Shown one piece after another: positions 8,171 through 16,290 of a stretch of 24,000 nucleotides of DNA. A model generated the notes under the pieces. The model was not told where the DNA came from. It saw only the letters and a list, made by a program, of their open reading frames with translations, and did no database searches. The number at the start of each line of letters is the position of its first letter. Position 1 is the first letter of the stretch. Both the position numbers and the translations under genes were made by a program. Source of the DNA: Limimonas halophila (GTDB taxonomy: Bacteria; Pseudomonadota; Alphaproteobacteria; Kiloniellales; Rhodovibrionaceae); contig NZ_FNCE01000001.1 in NCBI RefSeq assembly GCF_900100655.1, positions 545,252 through 569,251 on the forward strand, given 5' to 3'.

Positions 8171-9087
8171 CGACCGACGATTCGATCACCGATCTGGACC
8201 TGCTGGCCTACGCCGATGGCCGGTTGGACGCCGGACGCGCGGCGCGCGTCGAGGCCTACCTGGCCGAGCGGCCCGCGCTGCGCGACCAGATCGCCGATTT
8301 CGCCCGGCAGAACGCCGACCTGCACGCCTGCTTCGACCGCTACGCGGAAGCCGAGATTCCCGAGCGCATGCGGGCGGTGCTGAACGGTGCGCGCACGGAG
8401 CGTCCGCGCTGGCCGTCGGCGGCGATGCGCGCCGCGGCCGCGGTGGTTCTCATGCTCGCGGCCGGGGTGGGCGGCTGGTACGCGGGCGCCGGCGGCATGC
8501 TTCAGCCCGACGGGTCGCGCGATCTGGTCGCGCGCACCGCAAGCCTGCACGAGGGAGAGCCGGCGACCGAGCCGGTTTCGGCGGGCACGCCCGAAGGTAC
8601 GGCTGTGCTGGACTCGCTTCGCGAGCGTGCCGCGCTGCCGGCCCGGGCGCCGGAGTTGCGCCGGCACGGCTACCGCCTGATGAAGGTCGAGCGCGTCGAG
8701 ATGCAGGGCACGCGCGGCGTGGTGCTGCACTACGACGGTCGCGGGGAGCAGCGCGTGGACGTGGTGCTGCGCCCGCGCTGGGACGAAACGCCGGCGCGCG
8801 TGGAAACCACCACCCGCGGCGACGTGGGCCTCGCGCACTGGCGCGAGGGGCCGCTGGAGGTGGCGGTTGCCGGTCCCCGCGACGAGCGCGAGTTGCGCGA
8901 TCTGGCGCAAGCGCTGCGGCGATCCCTTCGCGCTTCGGGCAGTGGTGCGCCCTCGCAGCTGCGGCCGGACGAACCTTCACTGCAACGCAAACAGGAGGTT
9001 CAGGCCGCCAACGATCCGGACACCATGGTTCTTTCGCCCAGCCTGTCGCCGCAGCCGGCGGCGATCGGGGAAAATGTCCAACCGTGA
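8167..9087 (+). CDS. membrane-spanning anti-sigma factor (single TM, periplasmic C-terminal domain of unknown function)
   Basis: There is an ATGA overlap with the sigma gene stop at 8167-8170. The N-terminus LLAYADGRLDAGRAARVEAYLAERPALRDQIADFARQNADL is the typical anti-sigma domain helix pattern. One hydrophobic segment (AAAVVLMLAAGVGGWYAG) is present. The upstream 124 codons of the 430-aa ORF-track entry lie out of frame over the sigma gene and are ignored. Confidence 0.7.
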   Translation: MTTDDSITDLDLLAYADGRLDAGRAARVEAYLAERPALRDQIADFARQNADLHACFDRYAEAEIPERMRAVLNGARTERPRWPSAAMRAAAAVVLMLAAGVGGWYAGAGGMLQPDGSRDLVARTASLHEGEPATEPVSAGTPEGTAVLDSLRERAALPARAPELRRHGYRLMKVERVEMQGTRGVVLHYDGRGEQRVDVVLRPRWDETPARVETTTRGDVGLAHWREGPLEVAVAGPRDERELRDLAQALRRSLRASGSGAPSQLRPDEPSLQRKQEVQAANDPDTMVLSPSLSPQPAAIGENVQP

Positions 9088-9088
9088 T

Positions 9089-9113
9089 GGAACTTTCGCC
9101 GCGCCGGCCTGTC
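9089..9113 (+). promoter_or_regulatory. ECF-type promoter candidate P2 (GGAAC-N17-GTC) upstream of the DUF4168 gene
   Basis: The sequence is GGAACTTTCGCCGCGCCGGCCTGTC. It starts 2 nt after the anti-sigma stop and ends 81 nt before the ATG at 9195. It is 23/25 identical to P1. Confidence 0.5.
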
Positions 9114-9194
9114 CTCACGATGGATAGCACCCAACGGTGCAGGCCGCCGTCGGCCTGCGACGGTGGCCGATAACCACTGCAAAGGAGTTTCTGA

Positions 9195-9620
9195 ATGACC
9201 CGAGTTGCGACCCGTTCCCTGGCCGCCGCGCTCACGCTCGCCTTCGCTGCGGCCGCCGGTCAGCCGGCCCTGGCGCAGAGCGACAACAGCGGCAATTCCG
9301 GCGGACAGAGCAAGCAAGACGTCAAGACGGACTGGAGCGAGAAGAAGCTGGAGCAGTTCGCCACCGCCGCGACCGACGTGAAGGAGGTCTTCGAGGAGTA
9401 CCGCCCGAAGATCAAGAACGCCGAGAACGCCGATCAGGCGAACAAGATGCAGAAGCAGGCCAGCGACGATGCCGCCAAGGCGGTCAAGAGCTCCGGCCTG
9501 AGCGTTCAGGAATACAATCGCATCAATCAGGCGATCCAGGCGGACAAGGGCCTGCGCGACCGCGTGATGAAGATCATCCGCAAGCAGCAGGGCCAGGGTC
9601 AGGGCCAGGGCCAGCAGTAA
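9195..9620 (+). CDS. secreted DUF4168-like protein with C-terminal Gln-Gly repeat
   Basis: AAGGAG lies 7 nt upstream of the ATG. The signal peptide is MTRVATRSLAAALTLAFAAAAGQPALA/QS. The body is helical and Lys/Glu-rich, with the FxxAxxxV...Y pattern seen in DUF4168 proteins. The protein ends QQGQGQGQGQQ. Confidence 0.65.
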   Translation: MTRVATRSLAAALTLAFAAAAGQPALAQSDNSGNSGGQSKQDVKTDWSEKKLEQFATAATDVKEVFEEYRPKIKNAENADQANKMQKQASDDAAKAVKSSGLSVQEYNRINQAIQADKGLRDRVMKIIRKQQGQGQGQGQQ

Positions 9621-9884
9621 AGCGGCGGCGCTGACCGGGTCGCGGTGGCCGAAACCGCCGCCGCGCCCGCGTCCAACTGCCTCGTCCCCCGACCCCCGCC
9701 GCGGGCCGGCACGGTGCTGCCATGCCGGCCCGCGGTCTGTTGTGGCCTTGGCGCGCCCACCTCGGCATCCTGCCGGAACGGGCGCGGCCGCGGCCGGTTC
9801 CGCGATCGGCCGCCCCAGCCGCGGGGCGCCTGACGCCCCGCTCGCGCGGCGTTCGGATTGTCACAAGCGGCGAAGGAGATGCGC

Positions 9885-11039
9885 ATGGCCCCGCAGCGCG
9901 GAGGTGCAAGCCGCGATCCGGTCCGTCTGGCCATTATCGGCCTGGCGGCCCTGGTGGTGCTGATCCTGGTCATCGGGTTCGGGGTCGTGCGCGACGCCGG
10001 CTTCTTCGGCATGGCCGACCCGGTGCGATCGATCGTCTTCCCGGATCTGAAAGGCCAGCTGGAGCGCGTCGAGCGCGTGGAAGTCGCTGGCCCGAAAGGC
10101 GAGGTCACGCTGACTCGCGACGGGGATGGCTGGTCCGTCGTGCAGAAGAATGGCTACCCCGCGCAGGCCGAGCAGATCACCGCGATGCTGAACGCGATCA
10201 CCGGCATGCCGGCGCTGCAGCGGTTGGATACCGGGGAAGCGCAATTCGACGGCCTGGGCGTGGCCGCGGACAGCGAAGAGGGCACGCGCGTCACGCTGTC
10301 GACCGGCGAGGGCGAGCGTCTGCGCACCATCCTGATCGGCATGGAGAAGGCGGCGCCGGGCGCCGAGGACCTTGAGGCATATTACGTACGGGCGAGCGAC
10401 AGCCAGACGGTCTGGCTGGCGGACGCGGATTTGGCGTTCCCCGCCGATCCGATGGCCTGGCTCGATACCGAGGCCTTCGCCGTTCCCCGCGCGCGCATCC
10501 GTGCCGTCAAGACGGCGCCGGCCAGCGGCCAGCCCGTGCACATCCGCCGCGACGGGCCGGAAGACGCCACCTTCGCCGGGGTCGGCCTGCCGTCGGACAT
10601 CGAGTTGGAAGGTGACTGGGTGCTCGGCGAGCTTGTCGTGCCCTTCCAGTCCGTGCAGTTCTCGGACGTGCGGCGCGCTGACGAACCGCTCCAGCCCGGG
10701 GGTGACGAGCAGGGTTACGTTACCACCTTCGACGGCGTGAAGATCTGGTATACCCTCGAATCGCGCGACGGCGGGCAGTGGGCGCGCTTCGCCGTGGAAT
10801 CCGTCGCCAAGACCACCGCCGACGCCGAGCAGGGCGCGGCAGAAGACGGCGAAAACGGGCCGCCCGTCACGGCCGAAGACCTGAACACGCGCCTCAGCCG
10901 CTGGCAGTTCCGCCTGCCCGAGTTCCACGCCCAGCGCATGAGCCGGTCGATTGCCGACCTGCCGCGCAAGGGCGTGGGGGCGACCGAGGGCGCGACGACA
11001 GCGCCGGCGGACGCGGATGCCGAAGGCGGCGGCGACTGA
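9885..11039 (+). CDS. DUF4340-like membrane-anchored periplasmic protein
   Basis: It has an N-terminal anchor (LAIIGLAALVVLILVIGFGVV) and repeated beta-rich modules (VTLTRDGDGWSVVQKNGYPA, YYVRASDSQTVWL), as in DUF4340 proteins. The ORF track starts at TTG 9858. ATG 9885 has AAGGAG 6 nt upstream. Confidence 0.6.
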   Translation: MAPQRGGASRDPVRLAIIGLAALVVLILVIGFGVVRDAGFFGMADPVRSIVFPDLKGQLERVERVEVAGPKGEVTLTRDGDGWSVVQKNGYPAQAEQITAMLNAITGMPALQRLDTGEAQFDGLGVAADSEEGTRVTLSTGEGERLRTILIGMEKAAPGAEDLEAYYVRASDSQTVWLADADLAFPADPMAWLDTEAFAVPRARIRAVKTAPASGQPVHIRRDGPEDATFAGVGLPSDIELEGDWVLGELVVPFQSVQFSDVRRADEPLQPGGDEQGYVTTFDGVKIWYTLESRDGGQWARFAVESVAKTTADAEQGAAEDGENGPPVTAEDLNTRLSRWQFRLPEFHAQRMSRSIADLPRKGVGATEGATTAPADADAEGGGD

Positions 11040-11178
11040 CCAGCCAGCCGCGGGTGTGCCGTCCGGCCGCGATCGCCACGGCGCGCATCCGGCGACGGAG
11101 GCCCGTGACGCATCAGAGCGGTGCGGCCTTCGGCGTCCCCGGGGCGTGAGGATCGGGCAGGGACGCACCGGCCGCCCA

Positions 11179-11946
11179 TCACGATCGGCGCTTGCGCCGC
11201 GGTGCCCGGCCGCCCAGCCAGTTGGTCAGGCCGGTGATCGCCAGGGCCACCGCGGCCAGGCCGACGAGGTCCACGACGAGCACCCCGGCGGTGCCGAAGA
11301 GCCGGCCGCTGTGCAGGTCCAGCAGCAGGCGCGACCACGGAATGTGTGGGCGCCCCGCCAACTCAGCGAGGCGGGCGCGCACCTCGGCTGGCGGCTCGCC
11401 GGGCTGCGACCAGGTGTCGGGGCAGGACGTCTCGGACCAGGAGACGACGCCCGGCCCGGCGCGGTGGCAGCCGTTGGCGGTGCGCAGCACCACGCCGCCG
11501 TCCTTAGCCCGCGCCAGCGCCGTCGGTTCGCCGGGCAGCGCCGCCGCGCCCAGACTTTCCACCAGCCGGCCGTCCGGGGTCAGCAGCACCAGGGACGTCG
11601 AACCGGCGGCGACCAGCACGCGCGCGCTTGCCACCGCGCCGACGGGTGGCCCGGCGATGTCGGTCACGCGCTCGCCGTCCAGAACCAGCGTGCCGCCGGC
11701 CCAGCCGAGCCAGCGCCCGTCCACGCGGTAGGCGCGTGTCCGCGCCGCTGCGTCGTCGTGATACAGGCGCAGCAGCCAACCCCGGTGCAGCTCGGCGTCA
11801 TCCAGGCCCAGGGTTGGGCTGTGGTTGATCAAAACGCCCGTCACGGCCAGCAGCACCAGCACCGCGCCGGCCGCCAGCCCCACCCAGCGGTGCAGCTTCA
11901 GGTTCCAGGCGCGCAGGCGCTTGCGCCGCCGGTCAGCTCTCGCCAT
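11179..11946 (-). CDS. PepSY-associated transmembrane protein (PiuB/FoxB-like family)
   Basis: 255 aa. The N-terminus RKRLRAWNLKLHRWVGLAAGAVLVLLAVTGVLI is the PepSY_TM signature. A second TM segment lies at the C-terminus, after LLLDLHSGRLFG. The gene overlaps the upstream FMN-binding gene by 14 nt. Confidence 0.7.
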   Translation of the reverse strand: MARADRRRKRLRAWNLKLHRWVGLAAGAVLVLLAVTGVLINHSPTLGLDDAELHRGWLLRLYHDDAAARTRAYRVDGRWLGWAGGTLVLDGERVTDIAGPPVGAVASARVLVAAGSTSLVLLTPDGRLVESLGAAALPGEPTALARAKDGGVVLRTANGCHRAGPGVVSWSETSCPDTWSQPGEPPAEVRARLAELAGRPHIPWSRLLLDLHSGRLFGTAGVLVVDLVGLAAVALAITGLTNWLGGRAPRRKRRS

Positions 11947-12484
11947 CGCCGCCGTCCGCGCCGGTCACGGCGCCGTGTAGGACGAGCGCCATCTCGGCGA
12001 TGTTGGTGAGCGCGCGCACGCTCAGCGTGGCGCCGGAGATGCCGTCGATGTAGCGGTCCAGCCCGTCGCGCGCGGCGTTGAGCGTGGCGCCGTCGAACTG
12101 CTGGGTGAAGAAGTCCTCGCGCACCTCCCAGCCGCGGCTTTCCCGGTAAATCAGGACCTTGATGCGCTGCACCGCGCCGTCCTCGACGACGACGCCGGTG
12201 GTGATGGGTTCGTGCTTGCCGATGCGTTCGAGGATCCAGGCCGTGCGGTCGCCCCGCTGCCAGTAGCGCATGCGCAGGCTGTTGGGCTCGTCGCCCAGCA
12301 CGCGCTTGAGCCCGGCTTTCACCTCGCCGGTGATCCAGAGCACCTCGTCGCTCGGCGGCTCGCCGTCGAAGGCGCCGGCGATGAAGGCGTCCGGCTCCTG
12401 GTACACGTCCGCCGCCCACGCGGGCAGGGCGAGTGCGAGCAGCGCAAGCCCGATCAGAACCGGGCCGGTCGGGACGGAACGCAT
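11933..12484 (-). CDS. secreted FMN-binding domain protein (ApbE substrate-type)
   Basis: ATG 12482-12484 has GGAGG 6 nt upstream. The signal peptide is MRSVPTGPVLIGLALLALALPAWA/AD. The FMN_bind motif IDGISGATLSVRA contains the [ST]GA[TS] flavinylation threonine. Confidence 0.75.
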   Translation of the reverse strand: MRSVPTGPVLIGLALLALALPAWAADVYQEPDAFIAGAFDGEPPSDEVLWITGEVKAGLKRVLGDEPNSLRMRYWQRGDRTAWILERIGKHEPITTGVVVEDGAVQRIKVLIYRESRGWEVREDFFTQQFDGATLNAARDGLDRYIDGISGATLSVRALTNIAEMALVLHGAVTGADGGDGES

Positions 12485-12544
12485 GACGGCCCTCCTTCGG
12501 GGGTTCGGGGCCGGACGGCGCGGCCGCCCGGCCCGCATGCGTGG

Positions 12545-13885
12545 TCAGAACTGCAAGCCGAGGGCCAGGTTGAAGCTGCCCTCGTCGTCGCGGCTGTCTT
12601 CGTAGGTCTGGTGGGCGTAGTTGGCCTTCAGGACCATGTTGGGATCGAGCCAGTAGTTGGCGCCGACGTTGAACTCGGTGAAACGGCTGTCGATGGCGTC
12701 GCGGCCCGCCTGATCGTCGATCATGGAGACGCGGCCGAAGACGCCCAGCTCGCCGGGGCCGACGTTCTGGAAGGTGTAGCTGGGCTGCAGGTACCAGCCC
12801 CACTGCTCGTCGCGCCCGAAGCCTTCCAGCGACACCGTGGACGCCGTGCCGTCCTCGTCGAAGTCGATCTGCTGCTGCACGTCGTCGTGGAAGTCCCAGC
12901 GCGCGTACATGGCGCGGAAGCCCCACGGCCCGCGTTCGATGTCGGCGTGGGTCTCGAACAGCGTCGCCTCGACGTCCTCGCGGTCCTGGGTCACGTCCTC
13001 CTGGTACTGTCCGGTCGCGGACAGCGTCACGCCCGGCATCCCGGTCCACTGCAGGCGCAGCGTCCCGGCGCCGGATTCGGCCGTGGCGTTGGAAGCGGAC
13101 TGCGTGGACGCGGCGGCGTTGAAGGCGTTGCCGGCTTCGCCGCCCTCGGCGCCTTCCGCGCCGGTCAGCGAGGCGTCGAGCCCGGTGTGGATCATGGCGT
13201 CGTAGCTGAAGCCGCCGCCGAGCTGACCGCGCACGCTGGCCGAGGCCTCCCACCAGGTGGTGGGCAGGATGCGGCGCTCCACGATGGGCCGCTGCGTGCC
13301 GTAGAAGGTGTTGGGCTCGTGGGTTTCGTTGATAACGCCCACGGGGATCAGCTCGACACCGCCGCGCACCTCGTGGTTCTGGGCGATGTCGTAGGCGGCC
13401 CAGAGCTGCTCCAGCTCAACCTCGCCCTCGCTGTCCTCGCCGCCGAAGACGAGCGCGTTCTCCACTTCCAGTTCGGAGAAGAAGCGCAGGTCCTCGTTGA
13501 ACTGGTGGCCGACCTCGAGGACAAAGCGCTTGGCGGTGGCTTCGGCGTCGCCGTTGCCGACCTCGCCGCCTTCGCCGCCTTCCAGGGCGTTGTCCCCGAT
13601 GTAGTGGACCTCGCCGTAGCCGCCGATCTGGGTGTTCTCGAACCAGCCGGACGGCCCCTGGCGGGCCTCCTTGGCGACGTTCTGAACCATGTCGCCGGTG
13701 GCTTCGACCTTGGCCTCGGTCTCCTTCTGCTCGCCTTCCAGCTGGTCGATCCGCTCCTGCTGCTGCTGGATGATCTCCCACATCCGCTCGCGGGAGGGCA
13801 GGTCGTCGGTCTGCGCCCGGGCCTGGCCCGCCGTCATGGCGGCGGCGACCAGGGCCGAGGTCATCAGCAAGCTGCTGCGTCGCAT
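12545..13885 (-). CDS. outer-membrane beta-barrel porin with N-terminal coiled coil (OprO/P- or DcaP-like)
   Basis: These are the last 446 codons of the 830-aa ORF-track entry. The signal peptide is MRRSSLLMTSALVAAAMTAGQARA/QT. A coiled-coil stretch (IIQQQQERIDQLEGEQKETEAKVE) is followed by alternating beta-strand patterns. The protein has the OMP-type terminus LALGLQF. Confidence 0.75.
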   Translation of the reverse strand: MRRSSLLMTSALVAAAMTAGQARAQTDDLPSRERMWEIIQQQQERIDQLEGEQKETEAKVEATGDMVQNVAKEARQGPSGWFENTQIGGYGEVHYIGDNALEGGEGGEVGNGDAEATAKRFVLEVGHQFNEDLRFFSELEVENALVFGGEDSEGEVELEQLWAAYDIAQNHEVRGGVELIPVGVINETHEPNTFYGTQRPIVERRILPTTWWEASASVRGQLGGGFSYDAMIHTGLDASLTGAEGAEGGEAGNAFNAAASTQSASNATAESGAGTLRLQWTGMPGVTLSATGQYQEDVTQDREDVEATLFETHADIERGPWGFRAMYARWDFHDDVQQQIDFDEDGTASTVSLEGFGRDEQWGWYLQPSYTFQNVGPGELGVFGRVSMIDDQAGRDAIDSRFTEFNVGANYWLDPNMVLKANYAHQTYEDSRDDEGSFNLALGLQF

Positions 13886-13945
13886 GGGATACCCCCTTGG
13901 TTGTAGCGCCCGCCGACCGTGATGGCCGGCGCGCGCCTCCGTAAT

Positions 13946-13964
13946 GCGAATGCGACGCATTTGC
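13946..13964. promoter_or_regulatory. Fur-box-like palindrome 1, proximal to the porin operon
   Basis: The sequence is GCGAATGCGACGCATTTGC, with arms matching 8/9 around a central A. It matches the classical GATAATGATAATCATTATC consensus at 11/19 positions and is 16/19 identical to box 2. It lies 61 nt from the porin ATG. On the minus strand it fills the 17-nt spacer between TTGCAA and TACGGA. Confidence 0.4.
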
Positions 13965-14074
13965 AACACGCCTTCTGTCCGGTTACAACCCGGCTGTGGC
14001 TTGCGGCGGACGCGCCGCGCACCGGGGCATGTCCCGCTTTGACGCGGGGCGCCGGAGCGTGCCGCGACCATCTT

Positions 14075-14093
14075 GAGAATGCAAAGCATTTGC
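14075..14093. promoter_or_regulatory. Fur-box-like palindrome 2, proximal to pepM
   Basis: The sequence is GAGAATGCAAAGCATTTGC, with a core of TGCAAA-GCA-TTTGCA. It matches the classical Fur consensus at 13/19 positions. It lies 60 nt from the pepM ATG. It overlaps a possible TTGAGA-N17-TAGCGT promoter. Confidence 0.4.
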
Positions 14094-14152
14094 AATAGCG
14101 TCCCGAACGCCGGGTGGCCGGATGGCCGGCCGGCGCGGGGAAGGGGGAGCCC

Positions 14153-15097
14153 ATGACGCTGCACATCGACCAGGAAAGCGCGCCCGCGACGAGTCGCCTG
14201 CGCGCGTTGCTGCACGCCGGCGCGCCCATTCCGGTGATCGACGCCTACGACGCGCTCTCGGCGCGCATCGTCGAATCGGCGGGCTACCGGGCGATCTGGG
14301 CCTCGGGCCTGGGTATCTCGGCGTCCTTTGGGCTGCGCGACAACAACGAGGCGTCGTGGACGCAGATCCTCGACTCGCTGGAGCTGATGGCGGAGGCCAC
14401 GAGCGTTCCCATCCTGGTCGACGGCGACAGCGGCTTCGGCAACTTCAACAACGTCCGCCGCTTCGTGAAGAAGATCGGCCAGCGCGGCCTGGCGGGCGTG
14501 TGTATCGAGGACAAGGCTTTCCCGAAGGCCAACTCCTTCGCCGAGCGCACGCACGAGCTGTGCCCGGCTGGCGAGTTCTGCGGCAAGATCCGCGCGGCCA
14601 AGGACAGCCAGCCTGACGACGACTTCGTCGTGGTCGCGCGCACCGAGGCGCTGATCGCCGGGCACGGGCTGGACGCGGCGCTGGCACGGGCGGAGGCGTA
14701 CCGCCACGCCGGGGCGGACGCCATTCTCGTCCATTCCAAGGCCACGACCGCGGAGGAAGTGGCCGCCTTCGCCGCCCGCTGGGGCGGCCGCGCGCCGCTC
14801 GTCGTCGTGCCCACGACCTACGCGGATACGCCGGCTGACACCTTCCAGCGCATGGGCGTGTCGCTGGTCATCTGGGCCAACTTCACGCTGCGCGCAGCCA
14901 TCCAGGGGATCGAGAACGCCTGCGCCGCCCAGCAGGCGAACGGCGGCGCGCCCGAGCCCGGCGACGCGCGCTACGCGCCGCTGAAACGCGTCTTCGAGCT
15001 GACCGACGAGCAGGAGCTGCGCGCGGCCGAGCAGCACTACATGCCCGCCGCCGAGGACGGTCCAGCGCCCGCGCGCCTGCGTGCAGCCGGGTCCTGA
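14153..15097 (+). CDS. pepM: phosphoenolpyruvate mutase
   Basis: The protein has an isocitrate lyase/PEP mutase fold and carries the PepM-diagnostic EDK-x5-NS motif (IEDKAFPKANSF). ATG 14153 is preceded by AAGGGGGAG. The ORF track starts at GTG 14114. Confidence 0.88.
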   Translation: MTLHIDQESAPATSRLRALLHAGAPIPVIDAYDALSARIVESAGYRAIWASGLGISASFGLRDNNEASWTQILDSLELMAEATSVPILVDGDSGFGNFNNVRRFVKKIGQRGLAGVCIEDKAFPKANSFAERTHELCPAGEFCGKIRAAKDSQPDDDFVVVARTEALIAGHGLDAALARAEAYRHAGADAILVHSKATTAEEVAAFAARWGGRAPLVVVPTTYADTPADTFQRMGVSLVIWANFTLRAAIQGIENACAAQQANGGAPEPGDARYAPLKRVFELTDEQELRAAEQHYMPAAEDGPAPARLRAAGS

Positions 15098-15108
15098 GGG
15101 GGCAGGCG

Positions 15109-16290
15109 ATGCACGAACCCGGTGCGCTGCTCGACACGCTCGCCGCCCACGGCGTGGATTTCGCCGCCGGAGTGCCGTGCTCGCTCCAGGGCGGGGTGTT
15201 CGCCGCGCTGGAGCAGGGGCGCGCGGATATCCCCTATGTGGCTGCCAGCGGCGAAGGGGAGGCGGTCGGCATTGCCGCCGGCGCCTGGCTTGCCGGGCGG
15301 CGGCCGGCGGTGCTCCTGCAGAACTCGGGCCTGGGCAACACCGTGAACCCCCTGGCGGCGCTCACGCAGCCCTTCGGGATTCCAGTGCTGCTGTTGGTGT
15401 CCTGGCGCGGGCAGCCGGGCACGGGCGACGCGCCGCAGCACGCCGTCATGGGCGCGGCGACCCACGCGGTGCTGAGCGATCTGGGCATCGCGCACGAAGA
15501 GCTGGCGGAAACCCCGGACGGCGTGGCGGCGCAGCTCGCCCGCCTGACGGCGTGGATGGACACCGAACGGCGCAGCGCCGCCCTGATCGTGCCGCCCGGC
15601 CGGATCGCCGAGCACGACGCGGGCACGGCATCACGGGTGAGCGCGGTCGCGGACGCGGACCCCGCACGCCGGGAGCCGGCCCCGCACCGGGATTTTCGGG
15701 CCGGCGGAGCGCCGCCCGCTCGTGCCGAGACCCTCAGGGCCGTCGCCGAAACCTTGCCGCCGGAGGCCGCCGTCGTCGCCACCACGGGCAAGATCGCACG
15801 CGAATGCTACGCGCTCGCCGACCGGCCGCGGAATTTCTACGTCACCGGCGGCATGGGCAGCGCCGCCGCCATTGGGCTGGGCATCGCCCGCGCGCAGCCG
15901 GCGCGGCCGGTCGTGGTGCTGGACGGCGACGGCGCGGCGCTCATGCGCCTGGGAACACTGGCGACCGTGGGGGCACAGGCCCCGGCGCGGCTGACCCACG
16001 TGCTGCTGGACAACGGCGCGCACGATTCCACGGGCGGGCAGCGCACCGCCAACCCCGGCGTCGACTTCGCCGCCGTCGCGCGCGCCTGCGGCTACGCCGC
16101 CACGGCCGCCTGCGACACCCGCGACGGCCTTGCCGAGGCGCTGCGCGCACCGGACGGCCCGGCGCTGGTCCATGCGCACGTGGCAACCGGGGCGCTGCCG
16201 AAGCTGGGCCGCCCACAGGAAACGCTGCCGGAGCTGGCCGCGCGCATGCGCGCGCACCTGACCGCCACGGAGGACTCCCCCGATGCCTGA
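15109..16290 (+). CDS. ppd: phosphonopyruvate decarboxylase (ThDP-dependent)
   Basis: 393 aa. The N-terminal PYR domain reads GVDFAAGVPCSLQ...LQNSGLGN. The C-terminal PP domain has the GDGAALM...NGAHDSTGGQ ThDP motif. The gene lies 11 nt downstream of pepM. Confidence 0.88.
   Translation: MHEPGALLDTLAAHGVDFAAGVPCSLQGGVFAALEQGRADIPYVAASGEGEAVGIAAGAWLAGRRPAVLLQNSGLGNTVNPLAALTQPFGIPVLLLVSWRGQPGTGDAPQHAVMGAATHAVLSDLGIAHEELAETPDGVAAQLARLTAWMDTERRSAALIVPPGRIAEHDAGTASRVSAVADADPARREPAPHRDFRAGGAPPARAETLRAVAETLPPEAAVVATTGKIARECYALADRPRNFYVTGGMGSAAAIGLGIARAQPARPVVVLDGDGAALMRLGTLATVGAQAPARLTHVLLDNGAHDSTGGQRTANPGVDFAAVARACGYAATAACDTRDGLAEALRAPDGPALVHAHVATGALPKLGRPQETLPELAARMRAHLTATEDSPDA

Noticed and set aside
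7586-9113. GGAAC -35 boxes as evidence for an EcfG/PhyR/NepR general-stress-response locus
   Set aside because: No NepR-like small anti-sigma or PhyR gene is present, and the partner is a 306-aa membrane anti-sigma. The -10 is GTC rather than CGTT.
12545-15037. 830-aa ORF on the minus strand
   Set aside because: Only the C-terminal 446 codons (the porin, from ATG 13885 with its signal peptide) are credible. The rest runs antisense through pepM and the regulatory region.
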